A DNA stretch of 64,000 bases from Candidatus Avacidaminococcus intestinavium (GTDB lineage Bacteria; Bacillota; Negativicutes; Acidaminococcales; Acidaminococcaceae). The notes under the pieces were generated by a model. It saw only the letters and a program-made list of their open reading frames with translations, was not told the origin of the DNA and did not search any database. Below are positions 1 to 10,558 of this stretch, one piece after another (the first letter of the stretch is position 1; every line of letters begins with the position of its first letter). The translations under genes were made by a program, and so were the position numbers. Where the stretch lies: contig DVNI01000040.1 in NCBI GenBank assembly GCA_018714505.1, positions 13,158 to 77,157 of the forward strand, given 5' to 3'.

Positions 1-771
1 ATGCTAACCGCTTATGATTATGCGATGGCCAAAAATATTGATGAAGCTGGCGTTGATATGATTTTAGTGGGCGACTCGTTAGGAAATGTTATGCTAGGCT
101 ATTCATCCACCGTACCGGTTACTATGGAAGAAATGTTACATCATACCAAGGCTGTGGTCAGAGGAACGCAGTATGCCTTAGTTGTAGGTGATATGCCTTT
201 TATGAGTTATCAAACGTCAGAGCAACTGGGACTAGAAAATGCGGGACGGTTGTTAAAAGAGGGTGGCTGTCAGGCGATTAAGTTAGAAGGCGGTAGTGAA
301 ATCTGTCCTTTAGTAGAAAAAATGGTGCAGGCGGGTATTCCAGTTATGGGGCATATTGGTTTAACACCGCAATCAGTTAATCAATTTGGTGGTTTTAAGG
401 TGCAAGGCAAGGAGCTTGTCGCTGCGCAAAAATTAGTAGCTGATGCTAAAGCCTTAGAAGCGGCCGGTGCTTTTTGTATCGTTATTGAGTGCGTACCCGA
501 GGCGCTTACTGCAAAAATTACAGAATTATTAACGATACCAACGATTGGTATTGGGGCAGGTAAGTATTGTAGTGGACAAGTTTTGGTTTGCAACGATTTA
601 CTTGGTATGAGTAAAGGCTTTACACCAAAATTTGTTAAAAAATATCGTTTTTTACAAGCAGAGATCGTAGGAGCAGTGAGCGAATATATTACTGATGTAC
701 GGCAGGGTAATTTTCCTAGTGGAGAGCATACTTTTACAATTGATGAAGAAGTATTAGAAAAAATTTATTAA
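1..771 (+). CDS. panB: 3-methyl-2-oxobutanoate hydroxymethyltransferase; the true N-terminus probably lies upstream of the window
   Basis: PanB hallmarks [23 protein letters not shown] and [11 protein letters not shown]. coli PanB has about 20 residues before the equivalent TAYDY, so the ATG at the window edge is probably internal. panC and panD follow. Confidence 0.9.
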   Translation: MLTAYDYAMAKNIDEAGVDMILVGDSLGNVMLGYSSTVPVTMEEMLHHTKAVVRGTQYALVVGDMPFMSYQTSEQLGLENAGRLLKEGGCQAIKLEGGSEICPLVEKMVQAGIPVMGHIGLTPQSVNQFGGFKVQGKELVAAQKLVADAKALEAAGAFCIVIECVPEALTAKITELLTIPTIGIGAGKYCSGQVLVCNDLLGMSKGFTPKFVKKYRFLQAEIVGAVSEYITDVRQGNFPSGEHTFTIDEEVLEKIY

Positions 772-784
772 GTAAGAGGGGTAA

Positions 785-1642
785 ATGATGATTGTATGTC
801 ATACGGTAGATGAACTAAGAAACAAAATTAAACAAGTATGTAAAGCAGGGGCTAGCATTGGCTTAGTACCGACAATGGGGGCATTACATGAAGGACATGC
901 TGCTTTAATTAAAGCGGCAGTCGAAAATAATGACTTTGTAGTGGTCACGATTTTTGTTAACCCAACGCAATTCGGTCCTACTGAGGATCTGGATAGTTAT
1001 CCGCGAACTTTAGACGCAGATCTCTCTTTGGCTAAACAGCTTGGCGCAAGCCTTGTTTTTGCACCCTCAGCTCAAGCAATGTATCCTTCAGAAGAAATGA
1101 CGTGGGTGGAAGTCACTGGTAATTTAACTAAAGTATTGTGCGGTAGTAGTCGCCCGACACATTTTCGCGGTGTGGCGACAATCGTTAGTAAATTATTTAA
1201 TTTAGTTAAGCCAACACGAGCCTATTTTGGTCAAAAAGATGCCCAGCAAGTACAAGTTTTAAAACGGATGGTTAAGGACTTATTTTTTGATGTAGAACTA
1301 GTTATTATGCCTATTATACGAGAAGCAGATGGTTTAGCAAAAAGCTCTCGTAATGCTTATTTGAGTAAAGAAGAACGGCAGGCGGCATTAGTTTTAGGAC
1401 GCAGTTTAGAAAAAGCTCAAGAACAGTTTAAGCAAGGCGAAAGAAAAGCTAAAGCGTTCATTGATTTTGTGAGTGGAGAAATAGCCAAAGAGCGGCTGGC
1501 AAAAATTGATTATGTTGCTGTGTATCAATTACCAGATTTAAAGCAGCCCAGCGCTATTATCAACGGACAGAGTCTTTTAGCTGTCGCTGTATATTTTGGG
1601 CAAACACGTTTAATCGATAATTGTATATTGGAGGAAAGATGA
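785..1642 (+). CDS. panC: pantoate--beta-alanine ligase
   Basis: [14 protein letters not shown]-like motif, FVNPTQF and FGQKDAQQ motifs, 285 aa. It lies between panB and panD, and its stop overlaps the panD start (ATGA). Confidence 0.95.
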   Translation: MMIVCHTVDELRNKIKQVCKAGASIGLVPTMGALHEGHAALIKAAVENNDFVVVTIFVNPTQFGPTEDLDSYPRTLDADLSLAKQLGASLVFAPSAQAMYPSEEMTWVEVTGNLTKVLCGSSRPTHFRGVATIVSKLFNLVKPTRAYFGQKDAQQVQVLKRMVKDLFFDVELVIMPIIREADGLAKSSRNAYLSKEERQAALVLGRSLEKAQEQFKQGERKAKAFIDFVSGEIAKERLAKIDYVAVYQLPDLKQPSAIINGQSLLAVAVYFGQTRLIDNCILEER

Positions 1643-2025
1643 TGTTATATAATATATTTCATGGCAAAATTCATCGAGCAACAGTTACTGAAGCAAATCT
1701 TGATTATATGGGTTCTATTACTATTGATTCTACATTATTAAAACTAGCAGGAATTTTGCCGGGAGAACGTGTACAGATTGTCGATAATAATAATGGAGAA
1801 CGCTTAGAAACCTATGTTATTGAAGGAGCTGCGGACTCTGGCATCATATGCTTAAATGGAGCTGCGGCGCGGAAGGTTGCCGTCGGTGACACGGTTATTA
1901 TTATAGCCTATGCTGCGATGAGCCCCGAAGAAGCAAAAAGCTACCAGCCACAAGTAGTTATGGTAGATGCAAATAATCGCCCAGTAGACGTAAGAGGCAC
2001 AGAGTTAGCTGGAGAAATAGGCTAA
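1639..2025 (+). CDS. panD: aspartate 1-decarboxylase
   Basis: [21 protein letters not shown] with the self-processing G-S site. GGAGGA RBS at 1630-1635 precedes ATG 1639; the track ORF start at TTG 1621 is probably too early. Confidence 0.92.
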   Translation: MMLYNIFHGKIHRATVTEANLDYMGSITIDSTLLKLAGILPGERVQIVDNNNGERLETYVIEGAADSGIICLNGAAARKVAVGDTVIIIAYAAMSPEEAKSYQPQVVMVDANNRPVDVRGTELAGEIG

Positions 2026-2034
2026 TAAAACGGT

Positions 2035-2115
2035 CCCCTTGCCACGGTGTTTGGAATAGTTATAAGTTAGTGGAGTAAAACTTCTAGCTGACCAAGCCTA
2101 AGGCAAGGGGTTTTT
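2035..2115 (+). terminator. long multi-tier hairpin plus U-tract downstream of panD
   Basis: CCCCTTGCC (2035-2043) pairs with GGCAAGGGG (2102-2110). Inner pairings are TTTGG/CCAAG and AAGTT/AACTT. TTTTT follows at 2111-2115. Confidence 0.5.
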
Positions 2116-2211
2116 CACGGAATTTTTGCTTGTTTAAATCAGGGAATAGCTGTATTATGAAGATAATACTTGCTAAGAAATGATATGGCGATGAAAGCTG
2201 AGGTAAAAGGT

Positions 2212-4092
2212 ATGAACAACAAAAAGGGACCGAAAAGATCGTTGATGTTTTATTATGTGGCAGCAATCTTAATGATTATTGTATTTAATTCATTTATTGC
2301 ACCTATGTTTTTCAGCCCCCAAGTCAAAGAAATATCTTATGGTAATTTTTTGCAAATGGTTGATGAAGGGCAAGCAGCAAAAATAGAAATAACTGAGAAC
2401 AAAATTGCTTTAGTCGGCAAAGATGATGGTGATAAGATAATCTATGTGACTGGACGAGTTGAAGATCCGGAGTTAGTTAATCGTTTAGTAAGAAATAAAG
2501 TAGAGTTTTCTCAGGTTATTCCCAAAGAACCAAGTCCAATAGTAAACTTCTTTACTAATTGGGTGTTACCAATTTTTATTTTCTTTGCGTTAGGACAACT
2601 CTTCATGCGTTATATGAGTAAACGTATGGGTGGCGGTAATGCGATGAGTTTTGGCAAAAGTAATGCTAAAGTTTACGCAGAAGCACAAATTGATAAAAGC
2701 TTTGCGGATGTCGCTGGTCAAGATGAAGCGAAGGAAGCTTTAAAGGAACTCGTGGACTTTTTGCATAAGCCTGAAAAATACAAAGAAATTGGTGCTAAAA
2801 TGCCAAAAGGTGCACTCCTCGTTGGACCACCAGGTACAGGTAAGACTTTATTAGCCAAAGCCTTGGCTGGTGAAGCTAAAGTGCCGTTCTTCTCTATTTC
2901 TGGTTCAGAGTTTGTAGAAATGTTTGTCGGTATGGGTGCGGCACGAGTCCGTGATTTATTTAAACAAGCTCAGGAAAAAGCGCCTTGTATTGTTTTTATT
3001 GATGAAATTGATGCAATTGGGCAGAAAAGAAATAGCGGCGGACAAATCGGTGGTAACGATGAACGTGAACAAACACTTAATCAATTATTATCGGAAATGG
3101 ATGGCTTTGATAGTAGTAAAGGTGTGGTAATTCTCGCCGCAACGAATAGGCCGGAAACACTCGATAAGGCTCTGTTACGACCGGGGCGTTTTGATCGTAG
3201 GGTACCAGTTGAATTACCAGACTTAAAAGGTAGAGAAGAGATTCTCAAGGTGCATAGTAAAGATGTAAAAATGACCGATGAAATTGACTTTAATGCTATC
3301 GCCCGTGCTACTAGTGGTGCGTCTGGTGCAGAGTTAGCTAATATTATTAATGAAGCGGCTTTACGCGCTGTTAAGCTAGGCCGAACGTTAGTTATTCAAA
3401 GTGATTTAGAAGAATCAGTAGAAGTCGTTATTGCTGGTTACCAAAGAAAAGGTGCCGTTATTGCTCCTAAAGAGAAAAAAGTAATTGCCTATCATGAAAT
3501 TGGTCATGCGTTGGTAGCGGCAAAGCAATCTAATTCTGCCCCTGTTCATAAGATTACGATTATTCCAAGAACCTCTGGAGCTCTTGGTTATACGATGCAG
3601 GTTGCAGAAGAAGAAACTGTACTTTTGACGAAAGAAGAAGCTTTTAACAAGATAACTACGATTACGGGCGGACGTAGTGCCGAAGAGGTTATCTTCAATA
3701 GTATTACTAGCGGTGCTTCTAACGATATAGAACAAGCAACTAGAATGGCAAGAGCAATGGTCACGAGATTAGGGATGAGTAAAGAATTCGATATGATGGC
3801 ATTAGAAACGCTGAATAATCCATATCTTGGTGGCGATACTTCGATTCTCTGTTCCGCGGAGACCGCAGCTAAAATTGACGTAGAAGTGTTGGCGATTATT
3901 AAAGCAGCACACGCTAAAGCTAGACGAATTTTAGAAGAAAATACAGATAAATTACATGAACTAGCAGCCTTTCTTTTAGAAAAGGAAACGATTACAGGTG
4001 TAGAATTCATGGAAATTTTAAATGCAGAACCACGAGTAAAGGAAGAGTTGGTAGCAGATGTAGACGCTAGCAATATAGAAAATAATAACTAG
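2212..4092 (+). CDS. ftsH: ATP-dependent zinc metalloprotease FtsH
   Basis: N-terminal TM segments, AAA+ Walker A GPPGTGKT, Walker [13 protein letters not shown] region, and zinc site HEIGHA. GAGG RBS precedes ATG 2212; the track ORF begins at TTG 2170. Confidence 0.95.
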   Translation: MNNKKGPKRSLMFYYVAAILMIIVFNSFIAPMFFSPQVKEISYGNFLQMVDEGQAAKIEITENKIALVGKDDGDKIIYVTGRVEDPELVNRLVRNKVEFSQVIPKEPSPIVNFFTNWVLPIFIFFALGQLFMRYMSKRMGGGNAMSFGKSNAKVYAEAQIDKSFADVAGQDEAKEALKELVDFLHKPEKYKEIGAKMPKGALLVGPPGTGKTLLAKALAGEAKVPFFSISGSEFVEMFVGMGAARVRDLFKQAQEKAPCIVFIDEIDAIGQKRNSGGQIGGNDEREQTLNQLLSEMDGFDSSKGVVILAATNRPETLDKALLRPGRFDRRVPVELPDLKGREEILKVHSKDVKMTDEIDFNAIARATSGASGAELANIINEAALRAVKLGRTLVIQSDLEESVEVVIAGYQRKGAVIAPKEKKVIAYHEIGHALVAAKQSNSAPVHKITIIPRTSGALGYTMQVAEEETVLLTKEEAFNKITTITGGRSAEEVIFNSITSGASNDIEQATRMARAMVTRLGMSKEFDMMALETLNNPYLGGDTSILCSAETAAKIDVEVLAIIKAAHAKARRILEENTDKLHELAAFLLEKETITGVEFMEILNAEPRVKEELVADVDASNIENNN

Positions 4093-4107
4093 AGGTAAAA
4101 AACTAGA

Positions 4108-4149
4108 AAGGTCACATTATGCAAAAGCATAATGTGACCTTTTGTTTTT
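4108..4149 (+). terminator. rho-independent terminator after ftsH, possibly bidirectional
   Basis: AAGGTCACATTATGC-AAAA-GCATAATGTGACCTT perfect hairpin followed by TTGTTTTT. An A-rich stretch lies on the other side, facing the convergent symporter gene. Confidence 0.85.
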
Positions 4150-4190
4150 CTAATAATTTTTTATAGACTATCAACGATACTTAAAAATTT

Positions 4191-5483
4191 TTATTCGGAT
4201 GTCTCAGAAACAGAGGCAAGCTCTTCTTCTGTTAAAGAGGAACTAACGAGCTGAGTAACAACTAAATCACCAGAAACATTGAGCGTTGTCCGGCACATAT
4301 CAAGGAAGCGGTCAACACCAAGAATTAAACCAATACCTTCGGCAGGTACGCCCACGGAAGTGAGTAAAATCGCAATTACAGGCAAAGTGCCACCAGGAAC
4401 ACCGGCGGTGCCGACACCTGCTAAAATAGCCATTAAAACTACAAAAATTTGATTTTCAATCGTAAGCTGAATACCAAAGACTTGTGCTAAGAAGAGTACG
4501 GTAATACCTTCAAATAAAGCTGAACCATTTTGGTTAGCTGATGCGCCGATGGTTAAAACAAAACGCGCAATTTTAGGCGGTAAATTTAGTACTTTGTCCG
4601 CAGCTTCTAAGGCAATGGGTAAAGTGGCATTAGAGGACGCTGTTGAAAAAGCATAAAGATAAACTTCTCGACATTTATAGAAAAATTGGTAAGGATTAAT
4701 TTTAGCAAAAACTTTTAGGAAAATCGCATAAACAACAAATTGATGAAAGAGAATACAGCCAATAACTAAAAGCGTAAAATAGAGAACATTTTCTAAGAAA
4801 CCAGCACCTAAAGCATAAACCGTATTAAAAATTAAACTAAAAATAGCATAAGGAGCTAATTTCATGGCAAAGCCAATTACTTTTAAAGAAGTTTCAAAAA
4901 TCGCATTTAGTGATTGAATGAGAGGATGGTTAAGGTCTGTAACAACGTAACTCATTGCATAACCAAAGATTAACGAGAAGACCATTAACGAGATAATTTC
5001 ACCGGAAAAAGCACGTGCTGCGGAGTCGACTGGATTTTGGGTGAAGAGGTCTAGAATATATTGCACCCAGACTTTATCAGCGACTGTAGCACTACTTGCT
5101 TGAATTTTAATAACAGAGGCATTATCGCTGAGCGTTTTTAAATCAACGGAAACACCAGCACCAGGTTGAAAGAAATTAGTCATAAAAATAGCCAAAATAA
5201 CCGCTATTGAACTTAAAGCAAGCGTGTAAAGCATCGAATGACGTGCTACTTTGCCAAGCCCTCGTCCACGGCCTAATTCAAAAACGCCTAGCACCAGAGC
5301 TGAAACTAATAGCGGTACGACTACCATGAAAATCATGCGTAGAAAGATACCCGCAATTAAGGTTAAAGTTTGTGTAAAAAACTTTAGTGCAGGATATTCG
5401 GATACTGGAAAATTATAATAGCAAAATAAACCAAAAACAATACCGAGGATAAAACCTAAAAATATTTTATGATGTTGTTTCAT
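4191..5483 (-). CDS. dicarboxylate/amino acid:cation symporter (DAACS/GltP family)
   Basis: 430 aa polytopic protein with SSNATLP and NQNGSALFEG motifs, corresponding to the SSSATLP and NMDGTAL motifs of glutamate/aspartate/C4-dicarboxylate symporters. Confidence 0.85.
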   Translation of the reverse strand: MKQHHKIFLGFILGIVFGLFCYYNFPVSEYPALKFFTQTLTLIAGIFLRMIFMVVVPLLVSALVLGVFELGRGRGLGKVARHSMLYTLALSSIAVILAIFMTNFFQPGAGVSVDLKTLSDNASVIKIQASSATVADKVWVQYILDLFTQNPVDSAARAFSGEIISLMVFSLIFGYAMSYVVTDLNHPLIQSLNAIFETSLKVIGFAMKLAPYAIFSLIFNTVYALGAGFLENVLYFTLLVIGCILFHQFVVYAIFLKVFAKINPYQFFYKCREVYLYAFSTASSNATLPIALEAADKVLNLPPKIARFVLTIGASANQNGSALFEGITVLFLAQVFGIQLTIENQIFVVLMAILAGVGTAGVPGGTLPVIAILLTSVGVPAEGIGLILGVDRFLDMCRTTLNVSGDLVVTQLVSSSLTEEELASVSETSE

Positions 5484-5711
5484 GTAGATCAGCCCTTTCT
5501 GATGAATATAGTATTGTTGAAACAGTTTAAACGCGGTATCTTTTCAGAAAATTCAGCATAATTTTTGAAAAATAGTACTCCAAACTGTCTAAAACCAAGA
5601 ATGCTATAAAGAGATCATAATAAGAACTAGAAAAAAAGAAAGTGTCCTAGAAATAAATGATATCAGATAACAGAAAATAGTCAATACATTTTTTTATGTA
5701 TACAATATTAC

Positions 5712-5755
5712 ACAAAAAAACGATGTTATAGTACTGGGACTACAACATCGTTTTA
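5712..5755 (-). terminator. rho-independent terminator downstream of the kinase gene
   Basis: AAAACGATGTT..AACATCGTTTT hairpin. On the minus strand it is followed by a T-run (complement of the A-run at 5714-5720). Confidence 0.75.
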
Positions 5756-5779
5756 TAACTTTGTTTACAAATTATTGCT

Positions 5780-6589
5780 TTATTTACAAAGGCGGCTAGC
5801 ACCATGCCAAACTGGTCCGACATATTGGTTGATTGGGAAACCGTTTTTAATTGCGGCATAAGTGAAATCTTTTGCAGCTTGAGCGGATGTTAACATGTTG
5901 GCCCCTTTAGCAAGACCCGCAGTTACGGCAGCAGCATAAGTACAACCCGCTCCATGGTTATAGGTAGTGACTAGTTTTGGTGAGCGTAGCACAGTGTAGT
6001 TTTTTCCATCATAGAATAAATCAATGGCGTCTTCTGTTTCTAGTTTAGCACCGCCTTTTATCAAGACATTTTTAGCGCCTAACTCATAAATTCTTTGCGC
6101 AGCTTCTTGTAAATCATCAAGTGTGGTAAGAGTTTTTAAACCACTTAAGATTTTAGCTTCAAAGACATTAGGCGTTATTAGTGTAGCGCGTGGGGCTAAT
6201 ACGGTTTTGATGGCTTCTGCTGAATCAGGATTTAGTGGTTCATCCGTACCTTTACAAGCTAATACGGGATCAATGACAATCTGTTTGACTGAACTTTGAT
6301 CAATTTTTTGAGCTACTAGCTCGATAATATCACTCGTTGCTAGCATGCCTGTTTTTAAGGCATCGACGCCAATACCAGTAAGAACGGTATCAAGTTGTGC
6401 GGCTAGAGCCGTTAATGGTAAGGGATAAATGTCATGCGACCAGTTGTTATGGGGATTTTGAGCGACAATGACAGTAATTGCAGCCATGCCGTAAATACCA
6501 AATTCTTGGAATGTTTTTAGGTCGGCTTCAAGGCCAGCACCGCCACTAGTATCTGAACCGGCAATTGTAAGTGCTTTATAAATTTTCAT
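5780..6589 (-). CDS. hydroxymethylpyrimidine/phosphomethylpyrimidine kinase or pyridoxal kinase (ThiD/PdxK family)
   Basis: 269 aa. ALTIAGSDTSGGAGLEADLKTF N-terminus and a C-terminal GAGCT anion-hole motif, typical of ribokinase-fold ThiD/PdxK. AGGAGG RBS. No TPP-riboswitch-like sequence seen upstream, so the thiD versus pdxK assignment stays open. Confidence 0.8.
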   Translation of the reverse strand: MKIYKALTIAGSDTSGGAGLEADLKTFQEFGIYGMAAITVIVAQNPHNNWSHDIYPLPLTALAAQLDTVLTGIGVDALKTGMLATSDIIELVAQKIDQSSVKQIVIDPVLACKGTDEPLNPDSAEAIKTVLAPRATLITPNVFEAKILSGLKTLTTLDDLQEAAQRIYELGAKNVLIKGGAKLETEDAIDLFYDGKNYTVLRSPKLVTTYNHGAGCTYAAAVTAGLAKGANMLTSAQAAKDFTYAAIKNGFPINQYVGPVWHGASRLCK

Positions 6590-6736
6590 AATTACCTCCT
6601 GAATTATAAATTAAATTTTTTAGTTGATATTAAGTATTATAAACCTAAAAGCGTCACTAAAAAATGGGCAGTAATGAGAAAATAAAAAAGGACAGATGGC
6701 TAGTGGTGAGCAAAATAAGTTTGCTCATTAAAGATA

Positions 6737-6774
6737 GAAAAAAGCCAGATGCTTTAGTATGAAAGCATCTGGCT
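6737..6774 (-). terminator. rho-independent terminator downstream of the M20 amidohydrolase gene
   Basis: AGCCAGATGCTTT-AGTATG-AAAGCATCTGGCT hairpin with a T-run on the minus strand. Confidence 0.8.
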
Positions 6775-6801
6775 TATAAGTGATTTAAAAAATTTTAGAT
6801 A

Positions 6802-7905
6802 TTAACCAAGAACTCTTTTGGTTGCTGCTTTAAAAATATTAACGCCGATTTCTAAAGCATCTTTATCAAAATGCATATCGGGGTGATGAAGACCTGGTGT
6901 AGCATTCACACCTAATCCGAAAAATCCTGCTTTAATGGAAGGTTTTAGTTTTTTATAGAAGAAGAAATCTTCTCCGCCAGCGGTAGTAAATGGTGGCAAA
7001 AGACCATCTTGCCCTAGAACGTCTGTAATAGCGTCGGCAAGCAGCGTAGTAACTTCTTCGTCTATTTCAGCAGCGGGTAATTCTTTAATAAAGCTAATCT
7101 CGGCGGTAGCACCAACAGTTGCAACAGCGGCTTCGATTGCTGCTTTAATTTTTGTTTGCAACATTTGCATAACATCATTTTTTTGAGAACGAATATCCCA
7201 GTTAAGATGTGCTAAAGAAGGAATTGCATTGGTAACACCAGCATCGCAAATAAAGCGAGTGGCTTTGGCGCTATAAGAAAAATTAGGATTTAGATGAATA
7301 GCATTAACCGCATTAATAGCTGCAGCAGCTGCATCAATAGCATTTACTCCTAGATGGGGACGCGCGCCGTGAGCTGGTTTGCCGTGGATAATAACATCAG
7401 CAGTAGCAGAAGCTGAATACCACATTGCTGGAATTGCTGTGCCTTTTTTACATTCTTCTTCTGGGCGAATATGAGAGCCAATAATAATATCAACATCTTC
7501 AATGGCGCCACCTTCAACCATTGTTAGTGCACCAGCAGCAATTTCTTCAGCTGGTTGGAAAAGAATTTTTAGACGACCTTTTTTAATAGCGTTTTCTTTA
7601 AGCAATTCTTCAGCAGCGGAAAGCACAACAGAAGAATGTGCATCATGACCACAGGTATGACGAGCGCAAGGAATTCCATCTATAATATGACCAAGAGCGT
7701 CCATATCAGCTCTTAAAGCTAGGGTAGGACCAGCAACTCCACTATCATAAATTCCAACTACTCCTGTTGCACCGCCAATATTTTTGGTAACGGTAAAACC
7801 TGCCTTTTCCAATTGTTCTGCTAAATAGGCAGAAGTTTTAAATTCTTCTAAAGCTAATTCTGGAATAGTGTGCAGGTACTCATAGTGTTTTAAAACGTTT
7901 GACAT
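6802..7905 (-). CDS. M20 family amidohydrolase (N-acyl-amino acid amidohydrolase, HipO/AmhX-like)
   Basis: 367 aa. ALRADMDAL, HTCGHDAH and FQPAEE metal-ligand motifs typical of the M20D subfamily. Confidence 0.85.
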   Translation of the reverse strand: MSNVLKHYEYLHTIPELALEEFKTSAYLAEQLEKAGFTVTKNIGGATGVVGIYDSGVAGPTLALRADMDALGHIIDGIPCARHTCGHDAHSSVVLSAAEELLKENAIKKGRLKILFQPAEEIAAGALTMVEGGAIEDVDIIIGSHIRPEEECKKGTAIPAMWYSASATADVIIHGKPAHGARPHLGVNAIDAAAAAINAVNAIHLNPNFSYSAKATRFICDAGVTNAIPSLAHLNWDIRSQKNDVMQMLQTKIKAAIEAAVATVGATAEISFIKELPAAEIDEEVTTLLADAITDVLGQDGLLPPFTTAGGEDFFFYKKLKPSIKAGFFGLGVNATPGLHHPDMHFDKDALEIGVNIFKAATKRVLG

Positions 7906-8045
7906 AATTTCACCTCAAATTTTTATGCTAATAAATTAGTTTGAATCTACTTATAATTTTAATTCTATATAATATGAGCAGATTTTTCAAGGAGATAACT
8001 ATAATTTTACAGAAATAATATCTTCTTGCATAAAAAAAAGCGGGA

Positions 8046-8074
8046 TTGACACATATAAGTACAGTAGGTATAAT
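8046..8074 (+). promoter_or_regulatory. consensus sigma-70/SigA-type promoter for the yjiH/yjiG-like pair
   Basis: TTGACA (8046-8051), a 17-nt spacer, then TATAAT (8069-8074), about 40 nt upstream of the GAGGAGG RBS. Confidence 0.7.
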
Positions 8075-8115
8075 AAATTTTGTTGATATGTATTAAATAA
8101 TGAGGAGGAAATTTG

Positions 8116-8781
8116 ATGGAACAGGAAAAGGACTCTGGGAGGATAGGCATTGGTGCGTATATAGCACTCGCGGCAGCGGTTTTGTTTTTCTCTGGACTTT
8201 TTATGAAAGTCGATGGAATGAAATGGCTCAGTGCTTTTGACTTTACAACACTTGGTGGTACTTTTGGTACAATGAAAGATCCTGCAAATAATACTTTTAT
8301 CGGTGCTGGTGGGGTAAGTGCGAAAGCTGGGTTTTTATTTTCGCTTTCTTTAGCACCAACAGTTATGTTAGCGTTAGGCGCGTTAGAAATTTTAACACAT
8401 TACGGCGCAATTAAGGCTGCACATAAGCTTTTAACTCCACTATTACAACCGCTACTTGGTATTCCTGGTAAAACGGGTCTTGCTTTGATTACAGACTTGC
8501 AAAGCACTGATGCTGGAGCAGCTCTAACTAAAGAATTATATGATGCTGGTGAAATCGATTTAAAAGAATTAACAATCATGGGTGCTTGGCAATATTCTGG
8601 TGCAGGTATGATTAACAATTATTTTGCCATTGGATCAGCACTTTTTGCTGTTTTAACAGCACCAGTTATTATTCCTTTATTTATTATGTTTGTCTTAAAG
8701 TTTGTCGGAGGTATGTTTGTACGCTTTGTGCTAAACACCGTCTATAAGGAGGATTTTAAAAATGAAAAACAGTCCAGCTAA
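8116..8781 (+). CDS. YjiH-like nucleoside-recognition (Gate) domain membrane protein
   Basis: Polytopic, about 221 aa. It is paired with a YjiG-like gene whose start overlaps its end, and lies divergent from an amidohydrolase, as with E. coli iadA-yjiHG. ATG 8116 is preferred over TTG 8113 on RBS spacing. Confidence 0.6.
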   Translation: MEQEKDSGRIGIGAYIALAAAVLFFSGLFMKVDGMKWLSAFDFTTLGGTFGTMKDPANNTFIGAGGVSAKAGFLFSLSLAPTVMLALGALEILTHYGAIKAAHKLLTPLLQPLLGIPGKTGLALITDLQSTDAGAALTKELYDAGEIDLKELTIMGAWQYSGAGMINNYFAIGSALFAVLTAPVIIPLFIMFVLKFVGGMFVRFVLNTVYKEDFKNEKQSS

Positions 8782-9223
8782 GAATCCTTTTGATATCTTT
8801 GTTATAGGCGCGCGTAAGGGTTTTACTGTTGCAACGCAAAACTTATTGCCGAACGTTTTGATGGCCTATACTATTGCTCATATCCTTAATCTTCTAGGTG
8901 TAATGCAATTGATTGGTAAAGTATTTGGTCCAGCCATGGCTATTTTTGGTTTGCCAGGTGAAGCTATTACGGTACTTTTAACTTCATGGTTATCAGCTTC
9001 AGCTGGAACGGGTATTGCCGTCAGCCTATTAGCTAATGACACAATTAATGGTACGCATGCTACAATTTTGATCCCTGCAATTTTTCTTATGGGTTCGCAA
9101 TTACAATATATGGGTCGTTTGCTTGGTGTTGCCGATGTACCTAAAAAATATTGGCCGCTTTTAATGGTTACTAGTATTCTAAATGCTGTAATTTCGATGT
9201 TTATTATGCGTTTCTTTGTATAA
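8762..9223 (+). CDS. YjiG-like nucleoside-recognition domain membrane protein
   Basis: 153 aa hydrophobic protein. AGGAGGA RBS lies inside the end of the preceding gene, with a 20-nt overlap. Confidence 0.6.
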   Translation: MKNSPAKNPFDIFVIGARKGFTVATQNLLPNVLMAYTIAHILNLLGVMQLIGKVFGPAMAIFGLPGEAITVLLTSWLSASAGTGIAVSLLANDTINGTHATILIPAIFLMGSQLQYMGRLLGVADVPKKYWPLLMVTSILNAVISMFIMRFFV

Positions 9224-9372
9224 AAACTTAGGCAAATTACTATAAAATATTCAAAAATTTATATACGCAAGATCAAAAGCTGACTTAATTTTAATTAAGC
9301 AGCTTTTTTATATTTGCTAAGAAAAATAAAAGGAAAAATTATTTTGGACTAGAATAAAATGTAAAGAGGTGA

Positions 9373-9816
9373 ATGCTAGTGATTAGAGAGATGCAGGAAA
9401 ATGAAATAAAAACTTTATCTGCTTTGTGGTTAAATGCTTCATTAAAGGCACATGCTTTTATTAAAGCCGATTTTTGGCGAAAGAATCAAAGCTTAATTGA
9501 AACTAAATATTTACCACAGAGCTTAACCTATGTCTATACAGAGCATAATTGTTTAAAAGGCTTTTTAAGTCTTAGTGATCATAAAGAAGTGGCAGGACTT
9601 TTTGTGGCAACAAGTTTTCAAGGTCAAGGTATTGGCAGTGCCCTCATGAATTTTGTACAGAAACGGTACCCCAGTTTAACGTTAGACGTTTATGCCAAGA
9701 ATGAGAATGCAGTACGGTTTTATCAAAAACATAACTTTAGGCCTATCAAAACTTATATCGGTGACGATACTGGTGCTGAAAGTATTAAAATGAGGTGGCA
9801 AAAACAATGTATATGA
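9373..9816 (+). CDS. GNAT family N-acetyltransferase
   Basis: 147 aa. Acetyl-CoA-binding motif QGQGIGSALM and C-terminal NENAVRFYQKHNF. Confidence 0.85.
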   Translation: MLVIREMQENEIKTLSALWLNASLKAHAFIKADFWRKNQSLIETKYLPQSLTYVYTEHNCLKGFLSLSDHKEVAGLFVATSFQGQGIGSALMNFVQKRYPSLTLDVYAKNENAVRFYQKHNFRPIKTYIGDDTGAESIKMRWQKQCI

Positions 9817-10556
9817 TGCGAAATAAACAAATAGTAATTAGTGGCGGAACTTCTGGGATTGGGCTTGCTACGGCTGAGCTTTTTGCTCAAGATGGTGCAG
9901 AGGTTTTATTAATTGGGCGTAATAAAGCTAAAGGTTTAAGCGCTGCGCAAAAAATTCAGCAATTATCGCCTGGTTCCGTCTTTATACAGGCTGATTTAAG
10001 CACGATGCAAGGTTGTCATAACGCTGCTCAAAGTATCAAGAGGAGAGGACGTGAGATTGATGTTTTAGTAAATGCAGCGGGTATTTATGCGGAAGGACGT
10101 TTAGGTACTGTTACAGAAATAGAGTATGATGAGCTTATGAATATTAACGTTAAAGGCACTATTTTTTTAACTCAAGAATTATTATCATTAATGAGTAAAT
10201 TGGATGCTAGTATTATTAATATCGCGTCAGATGCAGGTGTCAATGGTAATTATGGTTGTCCCGTTTACTGTGCTTCTAAAGGCGCAGTTGTAGCGTTTAC
10301 ACGTGGTTTAGCTTTGGATTGTGCACCGCTTATTCGTGTTAATTGTATTTGTCCAGGTGACGTGGCAACACCGCTTGTTGAGAAGCAATTAGTTAGTGGT
10401 AATTATACTTTAGCAGAAATGACAAAAGCCTATCCTTTGGCAAGGATAGGCAAAGCAGAAGAGATTGCGCATATGATTTGTGCGATAGCGTCTCCGCTCA
10501 ATGGTTTTATGACGGGCAGTATTATTACGATTGACGGTGGCTTAACTGCAGGTTAA
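9807..10556 (+). CDS. SDR family oxidoreductase
   Basis: Rossmann motif SGGTSGIGLATA, NAAG, catalytic YCASKGAV. The track ORF starts at GTG 9795; ATG 9807 is chosen after a GAGG. Confidence 0.88.
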   Translation: MYMMRNKQIVISGGTSGIGLATAELFAQDGAEVLLIGRNKAKGLSAAQKIQQLSPGSVFIQADLSTMQGCHNAAQSIKRRGREIDVLVNAAGIYAEGRLGTVTEIEYDELMNINVKGTIFLTQELLSLMSKLDASIINIASDAGVNGNYGCPVYCASKGAVVAFTRGLALDCAPLIRVNCICPGDVATPLVEKQLVSGNYTLAEMTKAYPLARIGKAEEIAHMICAIASPLNGFMTGSIITIDGGLTAG

Positions 10557-10558
10557 AG

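Noticed and set aside
3415-4073. Antisense ORFs inside ftsH (3415-3735 and 3588-4073), and similar ones inside panB, the Dcu gene (14704-15381), the LeuCD-like gene pair (22435-22656, 23944-24171), the aldehyde dehydrogenase gene and others.
   Set aside because: Each is embedded in a confidently identified conserved gene on the opposite strand or in another frame. None has a recognisable motif or RBS.
6590-6801. A TPP riboswitch upstream of the ThiD/PdxK-type kinase gene.
   Set aside because: Neither the CUGAGA nor the ACCUGAUCUGGAUAAUGCCAGCG-like THI-box core is visible on the minus strand. The region holds only the terminator of the upstream amidohydrolase gene and a small extra hairpin at about 6706-6728.
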